In this document: in pieces, positions 1-9,786 of the stretch
Numbering within the stretch: position 1 is the first letter of the stretch
How the letters are laid out: every line of letters starts with the position of its first letter
Origin: a virus
Virus record (IMG/VR): IMGVR_UViG_3300035698_031273
Span: 1-64,000 of that record
Reading direction: 5' to 3' (one strand)
DNA: 64,000 nt
Notes under the pieces: model-generated
The model's input: the letters and a program-made list of their open reading frames with translations, nothing else
Database searches by the model: none
Told to the model about the DNA's origin: nothing
Translations under genes and position numbers: made by a program

Positions 1-179
1 CTTGATTTAGGTGACATTCTTTATGGTGTGTAATCGGTCTAAAATAAATTATTAGTTACTAGAAAAAAAAATAAAAATTTTTTTTTTTTTTTTTTTCTTT
101 TTAAAAAATTATATTTTAAAATATATTTTTAATTTATAAATGTTTTTTTTTTTTTTTTTATAGAATAAAGAGTTAATTT

Positions 180-779
180 ATGGAAAAATATTATATTTCA
201 GTGAAGAAATTAGAAGAAGCAGGCTATTTAGCATCTTTAATTGGTATTTCTAAGAGTTTTAAGCAGAAATTAGATAAAATGCCAGAAGTGGCAGAGAAAT
301 TAGCATTTAAGGACGGAGGACACAATAAGTTTTTAGAATCAATAATAATTTGGTTAGAAGTAAAAGCACCAAGATATTGGTGGCAAGAAGCTGATACTTA
401 TAGAATGTCAACAAAACAATCAGAATCTACTATTCACTCTCTTATAAAAGATATAACAAAAATTCCAGAAAAAGTTATAACATCTAAGACAAATAAAATA
501 AATATAGTAACAGAGTATATAAATAACAATTTTGAATTAGGTAGTATTTGTTTTGATCAATTTGTAGATTTATATTATGCTTGTGTTGAGAAAGATAGGC
601 TTAGAGTTAAAAAATGTCTTCCAGAAGGGTATTTACAGACAAGAATATGGTGTATGAGTTATAAAACACTACGAAACATCATCTTACAAAGAAAAAATCA
701 TCCTCTTCCTCATTGGAATTCTTTTATTTCCAAAACATTAAATCTTGTGAATAATCCAGAATTATTGCCAATTATTTAA
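180..779 (+). CDS. ThyX/Thy1-like (FAD-dependent thymidylate synthase-like) phage protein
   Basis: GGHNKFL...APRYWWQEADTYR...SESTIH and LPEGYLQ...YKTLRNI..QR..H.L..W resemble the divergent phage ThyX-like family; the canonical RHR motif is not seen. Confidence 0.55.
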   Translation: MEKYYISVKKLEEAGYLASLIGISKSFKQKLDKMPEVAEKLAFKDGGHNKFLESIIIWLEVKAPRYWWQEADTYRMSTKQSESTIHSLIKDITKIPEKVITSKTNKINIVTEYINNNFELGSICFDQFVDLYYACVEKDRLRVKKCLPEGYLQTRIWCMSYKTLRNIILQRKNHPLPHWNSFISKTLNLVNNPELLPII

Positions 780-827
780 TAAAAGGAATATTTTTGATAT
801 AATTAGAAATATAAAAGTTATAATTTT

Positions 828-870
828 AAAAGGAAAGGTCTCGGGGGAGGGCACCTTTCCTTTTTTATTT
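828..870 (+). terminator. Rho-independent terminator-like hairpin
   Basis: AAAAGGAAAGGT (828-839) pairs with ACCTTTCCTTTT (853-864), followed by a T-rich tract, downstream of the thyX-like ORF. Confidence 0.6.
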
Positions 871-949
871 TCCAATTTTCTCTTCTCACACAGGAAATTT
901 AATATAATTTTAGTAATAATAGTAGGTTTTTTATTGAAAGGACTCCATA

Positions 950-1804
950 ATGAGAAAAATATCACCTCTTTTGTATGGTATAAAGCCAGGAAGTTCAATT
1001 GGACAAGATTTGAAAAGAGATCCAGTTGACAATAGAGATCATTTATTAAAAAGTTTACCTTTATTTAAAGAGGGAATTACTATTCCTTCTGTTATTGATC
1101 ACACTTCAGAAATGAGTCCAGTGAAGGACCAAGGGAACGTTGGGGCTTGTGTGAGCTTCGCAGTAGCAGCAATGAAAGAATGGCAAGAAAAGAAAGAACA
1201 CGAAAAAGAAGTTGAAGAAGGAAAACCAGATCATAGGAAAGGGAAGGTTTATGATTATTCAGAGGCATGGATTTATCGTATGTGCAAGGAAATTGATGAA
1301 TGGCCCGGGGAAGAAGGCACTAGTATCCGTTGTGGAATGAAAGTATTAAATAAAATTGGTGTACCTACGGAAAAAGCATGGACTTATGAAAAAATATTCT
1401 CAGGGGAACCTAAAAAATGGGCTCATTTAATTGCTAGATGGGCTATAGCAGGAGAATATTATAGAATTGAGAATACTCAACAACTAAAAACATCTCTTAT
1501 GAATGGACCAGTTGTAATGGGAATTCCTTGTTTTGTAGAAATTTTTTATGTAGGAGAAAATGGAATTGTTCCTTATCCGGCTGATATAAATAAAATATAT
1601 GGAGGTCATGCCATAACAGCAGTTGGTTTTTCGGATAATACCCAATTAATAAAATTTAAGAATTCATGGAGCGGCTCGTGGGGGGATAATGGTTATGGTT
1701 ATATTTCTTATAAATATTTTGATGATTTAGCTTGGGATACTTGGGGATGTAAAGATATAACGGTTACAAAGGAAATGCTTAAGGGATCTTCGGCAATTTT
1801 ATAA
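950..1804 (+). CDS. Papain-like C1 family cysteine peptidase
   Basis: VKDQGNVGACVSFA (Gln, catalytic Cys), GGHAITAVG (His), KNSWSGSWGDNGYG (Asn). Confidence 0.92.
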   Translation: MRKISPLLYGIKPGSSIGQDLKRDPVDNRDHLLKSLPLFKEGITIPSVIDHTSEMSPVKDQGNVGACVSFAVAAMKEWQEKKEHEKEVEEGKPDHRKGKVYDYSEAWIYRMCKEIDEWPGEEGTSIRCGMKVLNKIGVPTEKAWTYEKIFSGEPKKWAHLIARWAIAGEYYRIENTQQLKTSLMNGPVVMGIPCFVEIFYVGENGIVPYPADINKIYGGHAITAVGFSDNTQLIKFKNSWSGSWGDNGYGYISYKYFDDLAWDTWGCKDITVTKEMLKGSSAIL

Positions 1805-1816
1805 AGAGAGTAAAAA

Positions 1817-2065
1817 ATGACTTGGTATAAAAAATGTAAAAAAGTAAATAAAATACCTGGTGGCAAAGCAGATGGTATGGATTTAAATGGATTTGACCAA
1901 GTAGAGCTTGAGAAGGGAAAAAATGTGGAATTTGAGCATTCCAATGACCCCGAGATAGCTCAAGAAATTTCATCTGATCATTTAGAAGAGCACCCAGAGT
2001 ATTATATTGGTCTAAAACATATGGAAGATTTGCTAACAGAACTAGAGAAAAAAAGAAAAAAATGA
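1817..2065 (+). CDS. WY-leader cassette 1: DUF5661-like small protein
   Basis: Starts MTWYKK; G..VEFEH....IA..I..DHLEE.P.YY pattern. Confidence 0.65.
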   Translation: MTWYKKCKKVNKIPGGKADGMDLNGFDQVELEKGKNVEFEHSNDPEIAQEISSDHLEEHPEYYIGLKHMEDLLTELEKKRKK

Positions 2066-4479
2066 GTTGGTATAACTTTATTAAATTAGCTGATTATGAG
2101 CAATTTCGTTCTAAAGTAGAACAGGAATCTAGGCAAAATCCCTATCCCTTCAAAGATTGGTTCGACGAACAAGGTAGAGTTTATATTCCTTTTTCTTCTC
2201 TTTCTACAGAAGAAAATCAACAGAGTGATACAGATGTAGAGCAACTATTAACTGAAAATGGTTGTCAAATAACTGATTATAGGGGTGGTTATTGTCAATC
2301 TGGAAACAGAACTTATAAAATTGGAAAATTTTTAGAGCAAATAAGAAAAAGACAATTACAAGTGCTTAGGGAACAACACCAAAAAGGGGAAATTTACAAC
2401 TTAGAAAGAGCATTAGAAGAAACAAATAAATATTTTAATGATGTTATAAATACTTTTACAAATTCTTCCCTAAGGGCTCAAAAAGGTTCAGAGGGATTTT
2501 TTATTGTCATTTCCCAAAATCCTCATGATGTTGCTCAGATGTCAACTGACAGAGACTGGACATCTTGTATGGAATTGGGGAGTGGGTCATATCATAAAGA
2601 TATTTATTGTGAAGTTAGAGAAGGTGGTTTAGTTGCTTACCTTATTAATAAAAATGACTTAAATATAGAAAACCCATTGGCCAGAATACACATAAGAAGA
2701 TTTTCAAATAAAGATGGTCAATCTGTGGCTATTCCAGAAGAATCGGTTTACGGAAACGAAGTAACTGGTTTTTCTCAAGGTGTTAAAGAATGGTTAAATA
2801 ATAAACAGGGAAATGTTCAACCAGGAGTATATTCAAGACAGGGAGGGGGATATTCTGATACATTCTCTGATAGGACATTTTTTGGGCCTGAAGATCCAAA
2901 AGAAGTTATGAAATGGCTTAAAGGAGAAGTTGAAGGTTCTGTTTATTCTGAATGGGAAGTAGAGGATGCATTAAATTCTCAATATACAGAATTTGTTGAA
3001 GCTGCTTACATGGATGAAGATGGGAATATTCATACTGATACTGATGAAATCGGTGATTATGAAAAAATATTTAAAAACAAGGAAGAGGCAGAATTATATT
3101 TGGAGAAAATGAAACAAGAAGATAAAAAACACGGTATTTATGATAGAGAAATTTTTGATAATATGAAAAATGAAGAAGAGGGTTTTGAATATGATATCGA
3201 GTGGACCGAAAAAGATGAGGAAGGAAATTGGGCACTTCCAAGATTTAGTATTTCTGAAATAAACCATGATAATAGGAGTGCATTAAAAAAAGAAGCAGTA
3301 AAGATTATTTTAAATGCAGAAAAAGGAGTATATCCTGAAGAAATATTAGAAGAAGTAAAAAAATATATTTTCTTTAAATCTCCTCATCCTACAGTTAATT
3401 TTGATATCAAGAAACAATTTTATATTAAATATCCTAATTTAATGACAGAAGAAGATATTCAATCATTGAGTACTTCTCAAAATATAGAATTCGTAAAAAA
3501 TTTGCCAGAAGAAGAACAAGTACCATATAAAGAAGCGTGGTTAGATAAAATAAACGGTATTATTGATAATCCAGAAAATTTAATTGATGATGAAACTCAA
3601 AGAATGATACGAAAAAGAGATCTGAATACAGACATAGGAGAGAGAGCAGAAATAGATTCACATATATTGACTAGAATAGAACTTCGTGTTAATGATGAAA
3701 TTGCTTCACCTCTTGAGATATTTAAGCCTATTCCAGAACCTTTAATTAGAAAATTAGTAAATTTTGCAAATAATATTAATTCTTTTCTTGGAAAATTTAT
3801 TAATTTAAAGGAAGAAAATTTTTATGATGAAGTTGGTGGATTTGATAAGAGTCTTTATCATAAAAAGAAAGAAGTTGATAATATTAACTTTAAGAAAATT
3901 TCTTTTAATGAAAGAATACACGCTAAAGTAGTATTTTCTTTAAATATGTCTGGTAGCGATACTCCTACTGTACAAAGATATTATGCAAGTTTGCTACCTT
4001 TATGGAAAGAAGATTATACTGGTAGTAATTATAGCAATGTTAATATAAATACTTTAGGGTCTGCTATTGCAAATTTAGGAGAGAATGGAAGACAATTTAT
4101 TCCTTTTATTAAACAAAAAATACAAGAAACACAAGAATACAGAAAATTAAAAGAAGAATCTATAGAAAGTAAGGAAAATTATGTACAAAAACAAGAATTA
4201 CAAAGAATTGATAAGTTAATAGAAAGATATTTATACATATTAGATGCTGTAGAAAGTGGTACAGGCAGATCAAGTAAATATAGATTTTCTAAAAATAGAA
4301 AGTTTTATAAAATGGCAAATAACTGGTATGGCAGAACAAAAGATAAATTAGAAAATATGTTAGGTTTGGGAAAATATGAGCCTAAGCCTAAAAAGAAGAA
4401 GAAAAAGGAAGAAAAGGGAGATTGTGATTGTGCTCATTCTTTGGACATGCATTGTGATGGTGGAGATGACGGATGGTGA
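2062..4479 (+). CDS. WY-leader cassette 2: large hypothetical protein with MSTDRDWTSCM domain
   Basis: Starts MSWYNFIKLA; ATGA overlap with upstream stop; in-frame internal MANNWYG at 4312. Confidence 0.6.
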   Translation: MSWYNFIKLADYEQFRSKVEQESRQNPYPFKDWFDEQGRVYIPFSSLSTEENQQSDTDVEQLLTENGCQITDYRGGYCQSGNRTYKIGKFLEQIRKRQLQVLREQHQKGEIYNLERALEETNKYFNDVINTFTNSSLRAQKGSEGFFIVISQNPHDVAQMSTDRDWTSCMELGSGSYHKDIYCEVREGGLVAYLINKNDLNIENPLARIHIRRFSNKDGQSVAIPEESVYGNEVTGFSQGVKEWLNNKQGNVQPGVYSRQGGGYSDTFSDRTFFGPEDPKEVMKWLKGEVEGSVYSEWEVEDALNSQYTEFVEAAYMDEDGNIHTDTDEIGDYEKIFKNKEEAELYLEKMKQEDKKHGIYDREIFDNMKNEEEGFEYDIEWTEKDEEGNWALPRFSISEINHDNRSALKKEAVKIILNAEKGVYPEEILEEVKKYIFFKSPHPTVNFDIKKQFYIKYPNLMTEEDIQSLSTSQNIEFVKNLPEEEQVPYKEAWLDKINGIIDNPENLIDDETQRMIRKRDLNTDIGERAEIDSHILTRIELRVNDEIASPLEIFKPIPEPLIRKLVNFANNINSFLGKFINLKEENFYDEVGGFDKSLYHKKKEVDNINFKKISFNERIHAKVVFSLNMSGSDTPTVQRYYASLLPLWKEDYTGSNYSNVNINTLGSAIANLGENGRQFIPFIKQKIQETQEYRKLKEESIESKENYVQKQELQRIDKLIERYLYILDAVESGTGRSSKYRFSKNRKFYKMANNWYGRTKDKLENMLGLGKYEPKPKKKKKKEEKGDCDCAHSLDMHCDGGDDGW

Positions 4480-4928
4480 ATTGGTATAAGCAAACACAGC
4501 AACAATATTTATGGGAAGATGATACGGAACTTCCTTTTGCTAATGTTAAGTCTACTAAAGAATACTGGGACAAGAAATATCCTAAAGCTGGTAACAATGT
4601 TAGTGGATTAAATGTTGTAGGAAGTGTTGATAATACAGGCTCTATTAGTGCTGCAATGGAAAATTATTATATATATTATGATATTCGTGAAATTCCAATG
4701 TCTGATTTTGGAGAAGGTGGTTCTTACTCAGTTGATAATAATGAGAGAAATAGAAAATTAGCAGAAGAAATAAAAATGTCAGGTGAAATTTCTCCTCTAA
4801 TTGTAGTCATAGACGAGGAAGGTACTTATATTTTAGAAGGAGCACATAGATTTGATGCTTTATATTTATTGGGAGTACAATCTTTTCCTGCTTTATTGGT
4901 TTTAGATCAGGATGAAAGTGAAAAATGA
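4473..4928 (+). CDS. WY-leader cassette 3: ParB/Sulfiredoxin-like domain protein
   Basis: Starts MVNWYKQTQ; ISPLIVVIDEEGTYILEGAHRFDAL matches the ParB-N GxHR motif. Confidence 0.75.
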   Translation: MVNWYKQTQQQYLWEDDTELPFANVKSTKEYWDKKYPKAGNNVSGLNVVGSVDNTGSISAAMENYYIYYDIREIPMSDFGEGGSYSVDNNERNRKLAEEIKMSGEISPLIVVIDEEGTYILEGAHRFDALYLLGVQSFPALLVLDQDESEK

Positions 4929-6685
4929 ACTGGTATAAAATAGCACAACAAGGTTTACTTTTTAATCCTTATGACAAATATAGGGATGAGGAAGAGGGAG
5001 CAGAAAAAATATCTCCATCTTATGTAGACCCCAATACAGGAGAAAAATTTTACGAATGTACAAATTGCGGAAAATCTTTTCCTGAAGAAGAATTAGAGTG
5101 GGATGTTTCAAGAAGCGATAAAAATGAATATTCCTTTTCTCTCATAGAGAAACCTTTGAGAGAATTTTTTACAGAAGTATGGAATTATCTACAACCACTT
5201 TATATTAAATACCAAAAAGAAAAAGGCAATGAAAATTCTTCTTGTGAATCTTGGACATCTCCTACTGAAGAATTACCTAATATTGTTAAAAAACATGAAT
5301 TTCAATTTGATCAATTATTATCATATTCTAAGTATTCTTATGATTATAGTTTGTTAACTTTAATTAATATATTAAAAGAAACATCAATTATAAATGGTTG
5401 TGAACTAGAAGAGATTAATAAAATCTTTTCTAATATGGATCAATTAATAAATACAATATTTACAAATCCTACTAATATTTTTATTCCTATTCTTGAACCT
5501 TATTGTAAAGAATGTATAGAAGATTTTCCCAATTGTAACCTTTGTTGGAAAAAGATATTGCCAGAAGAAAGGAAGTGGCAAGATGTAGATAAAGGTTTTA
5601 TTTGTGCAAAATGTATAGAAAATGGAGAAGGTAGTGTATGTATTGAATGTGGTCAGGCAGATGATACAGATAATATGGTATATACTAATGACGGTACTCT
5701 TTGTAAAAATTGTTCTTCTTCACCATATCAAAATCAGATGTATTCAGAATGGGCTGAAGAAGCTATTTCTGATTTAGATATTCCCGTAGGAAAATACGAA
5801 CCTGTTGTTAAAAAAACCTTAACAAGTCTTAGACAATTTCTTTTAACATATTATAAAAGATATGGAGATGTTTCTTTAGAGCAAAATGAACTATCAAAAT
5901 TAATTCATTTTGCTGAAAAAGCTCGTTTATCCGATCAATCTATGGAATATTTAAAATCTTCTGTTGGAGGTCATATTTCTATTGGTTTTTTAATTGACCA
6001 TATAGATAATAATTTAGGAGCACAAGAATATATGGAAGATTTGTATCCTGGTATAAAAAAATATGAGGATATACCTTTTGATATTAATGTGGTTCCTAAT
6101 GATGTAAAAAAAGTCATGGGTTTTACTATTACAATTACTCCTTCTGACAAATTCTTTTCTTGGGCAAAAAATATACATCCTAATATTGAAGAAGTATGGA
6201 GTAGTATGAGATACACTCCTCATCATGAAGGAACCTTAGCCTATGCACGTTGTAGTTTTAATGGAGATATTTTAGTTGTAAATAATTTACAAAGAGATGC
6301 TGATTTTGATAATTTTCTTAATCAATCTATGTCTGATAATTCTAAAAATGTTGAAGTTGCTAAATGGATGGATAAGGTAACTAAAAATTGGGATATATTT
6401 TTATTACATATTGTAAAATCAATTTGTATAGCAAAAAGTATTGATGGCTATTTAACAACATTTGATCAACAATCTGAAAAGTGGGAAAGTTTACCAATTC
6501 ATAAAAGTCGTCGTTCTTATGAAGATGTTCCTCGAAAAATGGATTTTCCTTTAGAGGTACCTAGTCCAACTGCACTTGTAGAAGATGACATTAAAGGAGA
6601 TATGTATCGGGTTGCTCATGAAAACTGGTATAGAAGAGCACAAAGACATAAATTCGGAAATAATTTTGACTACAAGGTATTTTAA
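4925..6685 (+). CDS. WY-leader cassette 4: multi-Zn-ribbon protein
   Basis: Starts MNWYKIAQQ; six CxxC pairs (CTNC, CKEC, CNLC, CAKC, CIEC, CKNC); C-terminal HH..LAYAR...LVVNNLQRD region; internal NWYRRAQ at 6623. Confidence 0.65.
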   Translation: MNWYKIAQQGLLFNPYDKYRDEEEGAEKISPSYVDPNTGEKFYECTNCGKSFPEEELEWDVSRSDKNEYSFSLIEKPLREFFTEVWNYLQPLYIKYQKEKGNENSSCESWTSPTEELPNIVKKHEFQFDQLLSYSKYSYDYSLLTLINILKETSIINGCELEEINKIFSNMDQLINTIFTNPTNIFIPILEPYCKECIEDFPNCNLCWKKILPEERKWQDVDKGFICAKCIENGEGSVCIECGQADDTDNMVYTNDGTLCKNCSSSPYQNQMYSEWAEEAISDLDIPVGKYEPVVKKTLTSLRQFLLTYYKRYGDVSLEQNELSKLIHFAEKARLSDQSMEYLKSSVGGHISIGFLIDHIDNNLGAQEYMEDLYPGIKKYEDIPFDINVVPNDVKKVMGFTITITPSDKFFSWAKNIHPNIEEVWSSMRYTPHHEGTLAYARCSFNGDILVVNNLQRDADFDNFLNQSMSDNSKNVEVAKWMDKVTKNWDIFLLHIVKSICIAKSIDGYLTTFDQQSEKWESLPIHKSRRSYEDVPRKMDFPLEVPSPTALVEDDIKGDMYRVAHENWYRRAQRHKFGNNFDYKVF

Positions 6686-7176
6686 TGAGTTGGTATAAAA
6701 TAGCACAAAATTATATTCCTGAATGGGATTTTCCAGAGGCAGAGGATTCTCATGATTATAATCCATCATGGGATTATGAAATAGATGTTCTTCCAGATGA
6801 AAAAATTGTAGCAATTGCTGAAAAAGTAATGAATGAAATAAATACAAAAATGTTACCTGAAATTGGTATGGGGAAAGCTAAAATATCTTATATTAAAGAT
6901 GAAGAGAATGCATTGGCTAGATATATTTCTGGAACAGCCCCTTATCCTGTTTTTGTTATTGATATTAATAATATAAAAAAAGCAGTAGAGGAATGTATTA
7001 AAGATAATTTTTGTGATTTAGAACATGAGCTTTCAATTGGGATTAGTACAACACTTTTTCATGAGTTGGGACATGCGATTCAAGATTGGATGAATTTAGA
7101 GTCTAATGAGGATGAAGCAGAAGAATTTGCCAGACATTATAGTGATTTTGGAGAGATCTCAAATTTTTGGGAATAA
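6685..7176 (+). CDS. WY-leader cassette 5: zincin-like metallopeptidase
   Basis: Starts MSWYKIAQ; TLFHELGHA (HExxH) plus downstream E..AEEFA. Confidence 0.8.
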   Translation: MSWYKIAQNYIPEWDFPEAEDSHDYNPSWDYEIDVLPDEKIVAIAEKVMNEINTKMLPEIGMGKAKISYIKDEENALARYISGTAPYPVFVIDINNIKKAVEECIKDNFCDLEHELSIGISTTLFHELGHAIQDWMNLESNEDEAEEFARHYSDFGEISNFWE

Positions 7177-7178
7177 AA

Positions 7179-7661
7179 ATGAGTTGGTATAAAAAAATTA
7201 AAATATCAGCAACCAAACAAGAATTAGAGTCTATAGGAGTAGAAATTGTAAATGGAGATGCTATTCTTTATAGAGGGACAGATATTAAAGATCTTACTAT
7301 CAATAATTTAAGATACGGAGATTTTTTATCTTCTGTTCCATCTGGCACTGATTTAACAGGAAATGCTGGAGCAGATTCATATGGTAAATACATAGAGAAA
7401 TATATAGTCCCTATTGATCATATTGAGATTTCTAATGGAGAACTTCAATACAAAGGTCCTTCAAAAAGTTTATCAGGTGGAAGTAAATACCCAGAAGAAA
7501 TATATAGAGCTTATAATGATTATTATGGAAGTAATTATACTTCTCAGCAAATAGATCAAGAAGATTATAAAATAGTAAAGATGGTAGCATCAATGGCTCT
7601 TGGTGGTGGTCGTGACGAATTTGATATTTTATTAAGAAATCATAAAAATGAATTGGTATAA
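7179..7661 (+). CDS. WY-leader cassette 6: ADP-ribosyltransferase-like protein
   Basis: Start reassigned to ATG 7179 (MSWYKKIKISA); LYRG...LRYGDFLSS...A.SYG pattern of small phage ART-fold domains; ends NELV. Confidence 0.5.
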   Translation: MSWYKKIKISATKQELESIGVEIVNGDAILYRGTDIKDLTINNLRYGDFLSSVPSGTDLTGNAGADSYGKYIEKYIVPIDHIEISNGELQYKGPSKSLSGGSKYPEEIYRAYNDYYGSNYTSQQIDQEDYKIVKMVASMALGGGRDEFDILLRNHKNELV

Positions 7662-8517
7662 AATTAGTCAAATAGAAAATTGGTCTTCTCAAGATATTTT
7701 AAGGCATATTGAAAAACTTTATAAACAATGGGATCCTTTATACTCTAAAGTTGAATCTAACCAAGTAATGCTGCCAGAAGAGATAGAAAGAGAAGAAGAT
7801 TTAAGAAATCAACAAAGGTTATATGGACGTTTATATAATGAAGAAATAGAAAAAGAAAAAGAACAAACATCTGCTAAAATATTAGAAGGAAAACCCCATG
7901 AGGTTCCACAAGAGAATTTTTTAAATTATCATAAAACAGGTGATATTGTAGACTCGGCTTACAATGATTATAAAACAATAGAAGGTTTATCGTGGCTGGG
8001 AAAACCTTCTGATTATCCTATTTTATTAATGCAAAAAAAATATGGTGATGAAATTATTGAATTTAGAAAGAAAAAAGAAAAATTAAAATATGTAAGAACT
8101 AATAATGAAGAGATAGTTAGAGATGAGAAAGGTTTAGCAACATATCTTTCTGATGAGGAAATTAAAGAACGGGGATATCCTTTATATTCTACCGATATTA
8201 CAGTTTTTAATGAAAAAGGACAACCAATAGGTTCAGCTTCTGACGAATTTGGAACAGATGGAATTTGGGTAATAGAACAATATCAAGGAAAAGGTATAGG
8301 AACTGATTTACTTCATGAATTTAGAAAACAATTTTCTCATAAAAGAAAAATGGGACAAATGACTACTTCTGGTAGGAATACCACAAGAGCATATCATAGA
8401 AGATTAGTACAAGAAGCCATTAAAAATAATCAATTTGTTCCAAAAAATGTTCTAGAGACATATAAAGGAGAAGAGTGGGCAAATAAGGTTTTAGAGGATA
8501 AAAATGAATTGGTATAA
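7648..8517 (+). CDS. WY-leader cassette 7: GNAT acetyltransferase domain protein
   Basis: Starts MNWYKISQ; IWVIEQYQGKGIGTDLL is the acetyl-CoA-binding motif A (QGKGIG); ends NELV. Confidence 0.8.
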   Translation: MNWYKISQIENWSSQDILRHIEKLYKQWDPLYSKVESNQVMLPEEIEREEDLRNQQRLYGRLYNEEIEKEKEQTSAKILEGKPHEVPQENFLNYHKTGDIVDSAYNDYKTIEGLSWLGKPSDYPILLMQKKYGDEIIEFRKKKEKLKYVRTNNEEIVRDEKGLATYLSDEEIKERGYPLYSTDITVFNEKGQPIGSASDEFGTDGIWVIEQYQGKGIGTDLLHEFRKQFSHKRKMGQMTTSGRNTTRAYHRRLVQEAIKNNQFVPKNVLETYKGEEWANKVLEDKNELV

Positions 8518-9316
8518 AAAATCATATAATACTCAAGTTGGTATGTTAAACAGATATCTGAGAGAAGGATTTAATATTTATGATTATATTCCTTACTTGA
8601 TGGATTTTTTAGAAGAAAAGCATCCGGAAGTAATTGATAATTTATACAAAGCACAAGAAATGAATAAAAATAACTTATTCAACAAAAAAGATTTATATTA
8701 TGATGATGAAGATTATATAATGGAAAAATGGGTAGATTATGCCACTCCAGAACAAATAAAAGAATTTAAAGAATGGATAGAGAATAAAAAATTAGATTCT
8801 TCTAGACGGGATGCTCCTCCTTATGAGGCAATGGATTATAATAAATTTATTAAACCAACATGGTTAGTACATTTTACTGATAGTCCAGATGATATATCTG
8901 AAGAGGGTTTTGCTAAAGGATGGGAAGAAATGGAAGGCTTATCATATACTACTTTCTATAGAAATCCTAAGTCTCCAGGTTATAATTTTTCTTTTCATGC
9001 AGATAATTATAGAGATATTAGAGCAGCAGCTCGAGGTAAAAAATATGGTGAACATGCGGTTTTATTTTGGGGTAGTGGTGTAGAAGCCACTCATTATGGA
9101 GATGAAGAAGATCAAGTGATTGTCTGGGGTCCATCTATAAATACTAATTTAATAATTCCTATTATGAGACAAAGTGATACTGGTAATTGGGCTATAATGA
9201 ATAATAGATATAAATATGATGAACAACCAATGTATGAAAGTGAAAATATTACAGATGTTATTGATTGGGGAATAAATAATAGTGATTTAGTTAGAAGGGT
9301 AATGCATAAATTTTGA
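8504..9316 (+). CDS. WY-leader cassette 8: ADP-ribosyltransferase-like protein
   Basis: Starts MNWYKKSY; WLVHFTD...I.EEGF...GYNFSF...KYG...DEEDQV pattern consistent with an ART fold. Confidence 0.45.
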   Translation: MNWYKKSYNTQVGMLNRYLREGFNIYDYIPYLMDFLEEKHPEVIDNLYKAQEMNKNNLFNKKDLYYDDEDYIMEKWVDYATPEQIKEFKEWIENKKLDSSRRDAPPYEAMDYNKFIKPTWLVHFTDSPDDISEEGFAKGWEEMEGLSYTTFYRNPKSPGYNFSFHADNYRDIRAAARGKKYGEHAVLFWGSGVEATHYGDEEDQVIVWGPSINTNLIIPIMRQSDTGNWAIMNNRYKYDEQPMYESENITDVIDWGINNSDLVRRVMHKF

Positions 9317-9786
9317 ATTGGTATAAATTATCTAAAAAATTAGAACCTTGGGAAATGACAAGAAAAGAATATGATTCTATGCCATATCCTCCTTTAAAAC
9401 CCAATAAGATATTTTATGTTAATGTTTACGGAAGAAATGTTGAATTTATTCAAAATCCAACAAGTTCAGATATAAGACAAATGAGTAAAGAAGTTATATC
9501 TGACTATCCTATGTATCCTTTGGGTACCCCTAAATTAAGATCAACACAAGATGAGAATGGTAATAAATATTATTGGAAAGCTTCTGAATCTGTGCATGCT
9601 CATATAGAGCCTTTAATAAGTAAAATAATTAATACTGAATTAAATCAAAATGCAGCAAGACCTTATTATTATACAGTTATATATGATGCTTTAAAAGAAA
9701 AAAAACCAGTTCCCAACAATATATTTAACGAGTTTGCACAACAATATCCAGATGCAGCTAGGAAATTTAATTATGAATTGGTATAA
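9313..9786 (+). CDS. WY-leader cassette 9: hypothetical protein
   Basis: TTG start (TTGAATTGGTATAAA) overlapping upstream TGA; EPWEMT..EY and ALKEKKPVP motifs; ends YELV. Confidence 0.65.
   Translation: MNWYKLSKKLEPWEMTRKEYDSMPYPPLKPNKIFYVNVYGRNVEFIQNPTSSDIRQMSKEVISDYPMYPLGTPKLRSTQDENGNKYYWKASESVHAHIEPLISKIINTELNQNAARPYYYTVIYDALKEKKPVPNNIFNEFAQQYPDAARKFNYELV

Noticed and set aside
60-160. Long poly-A/poly-T tracts as an origin or regulatory element
   Set aside because: Low complexity, possibly homopolymer sequencing error; no specific structure supportable
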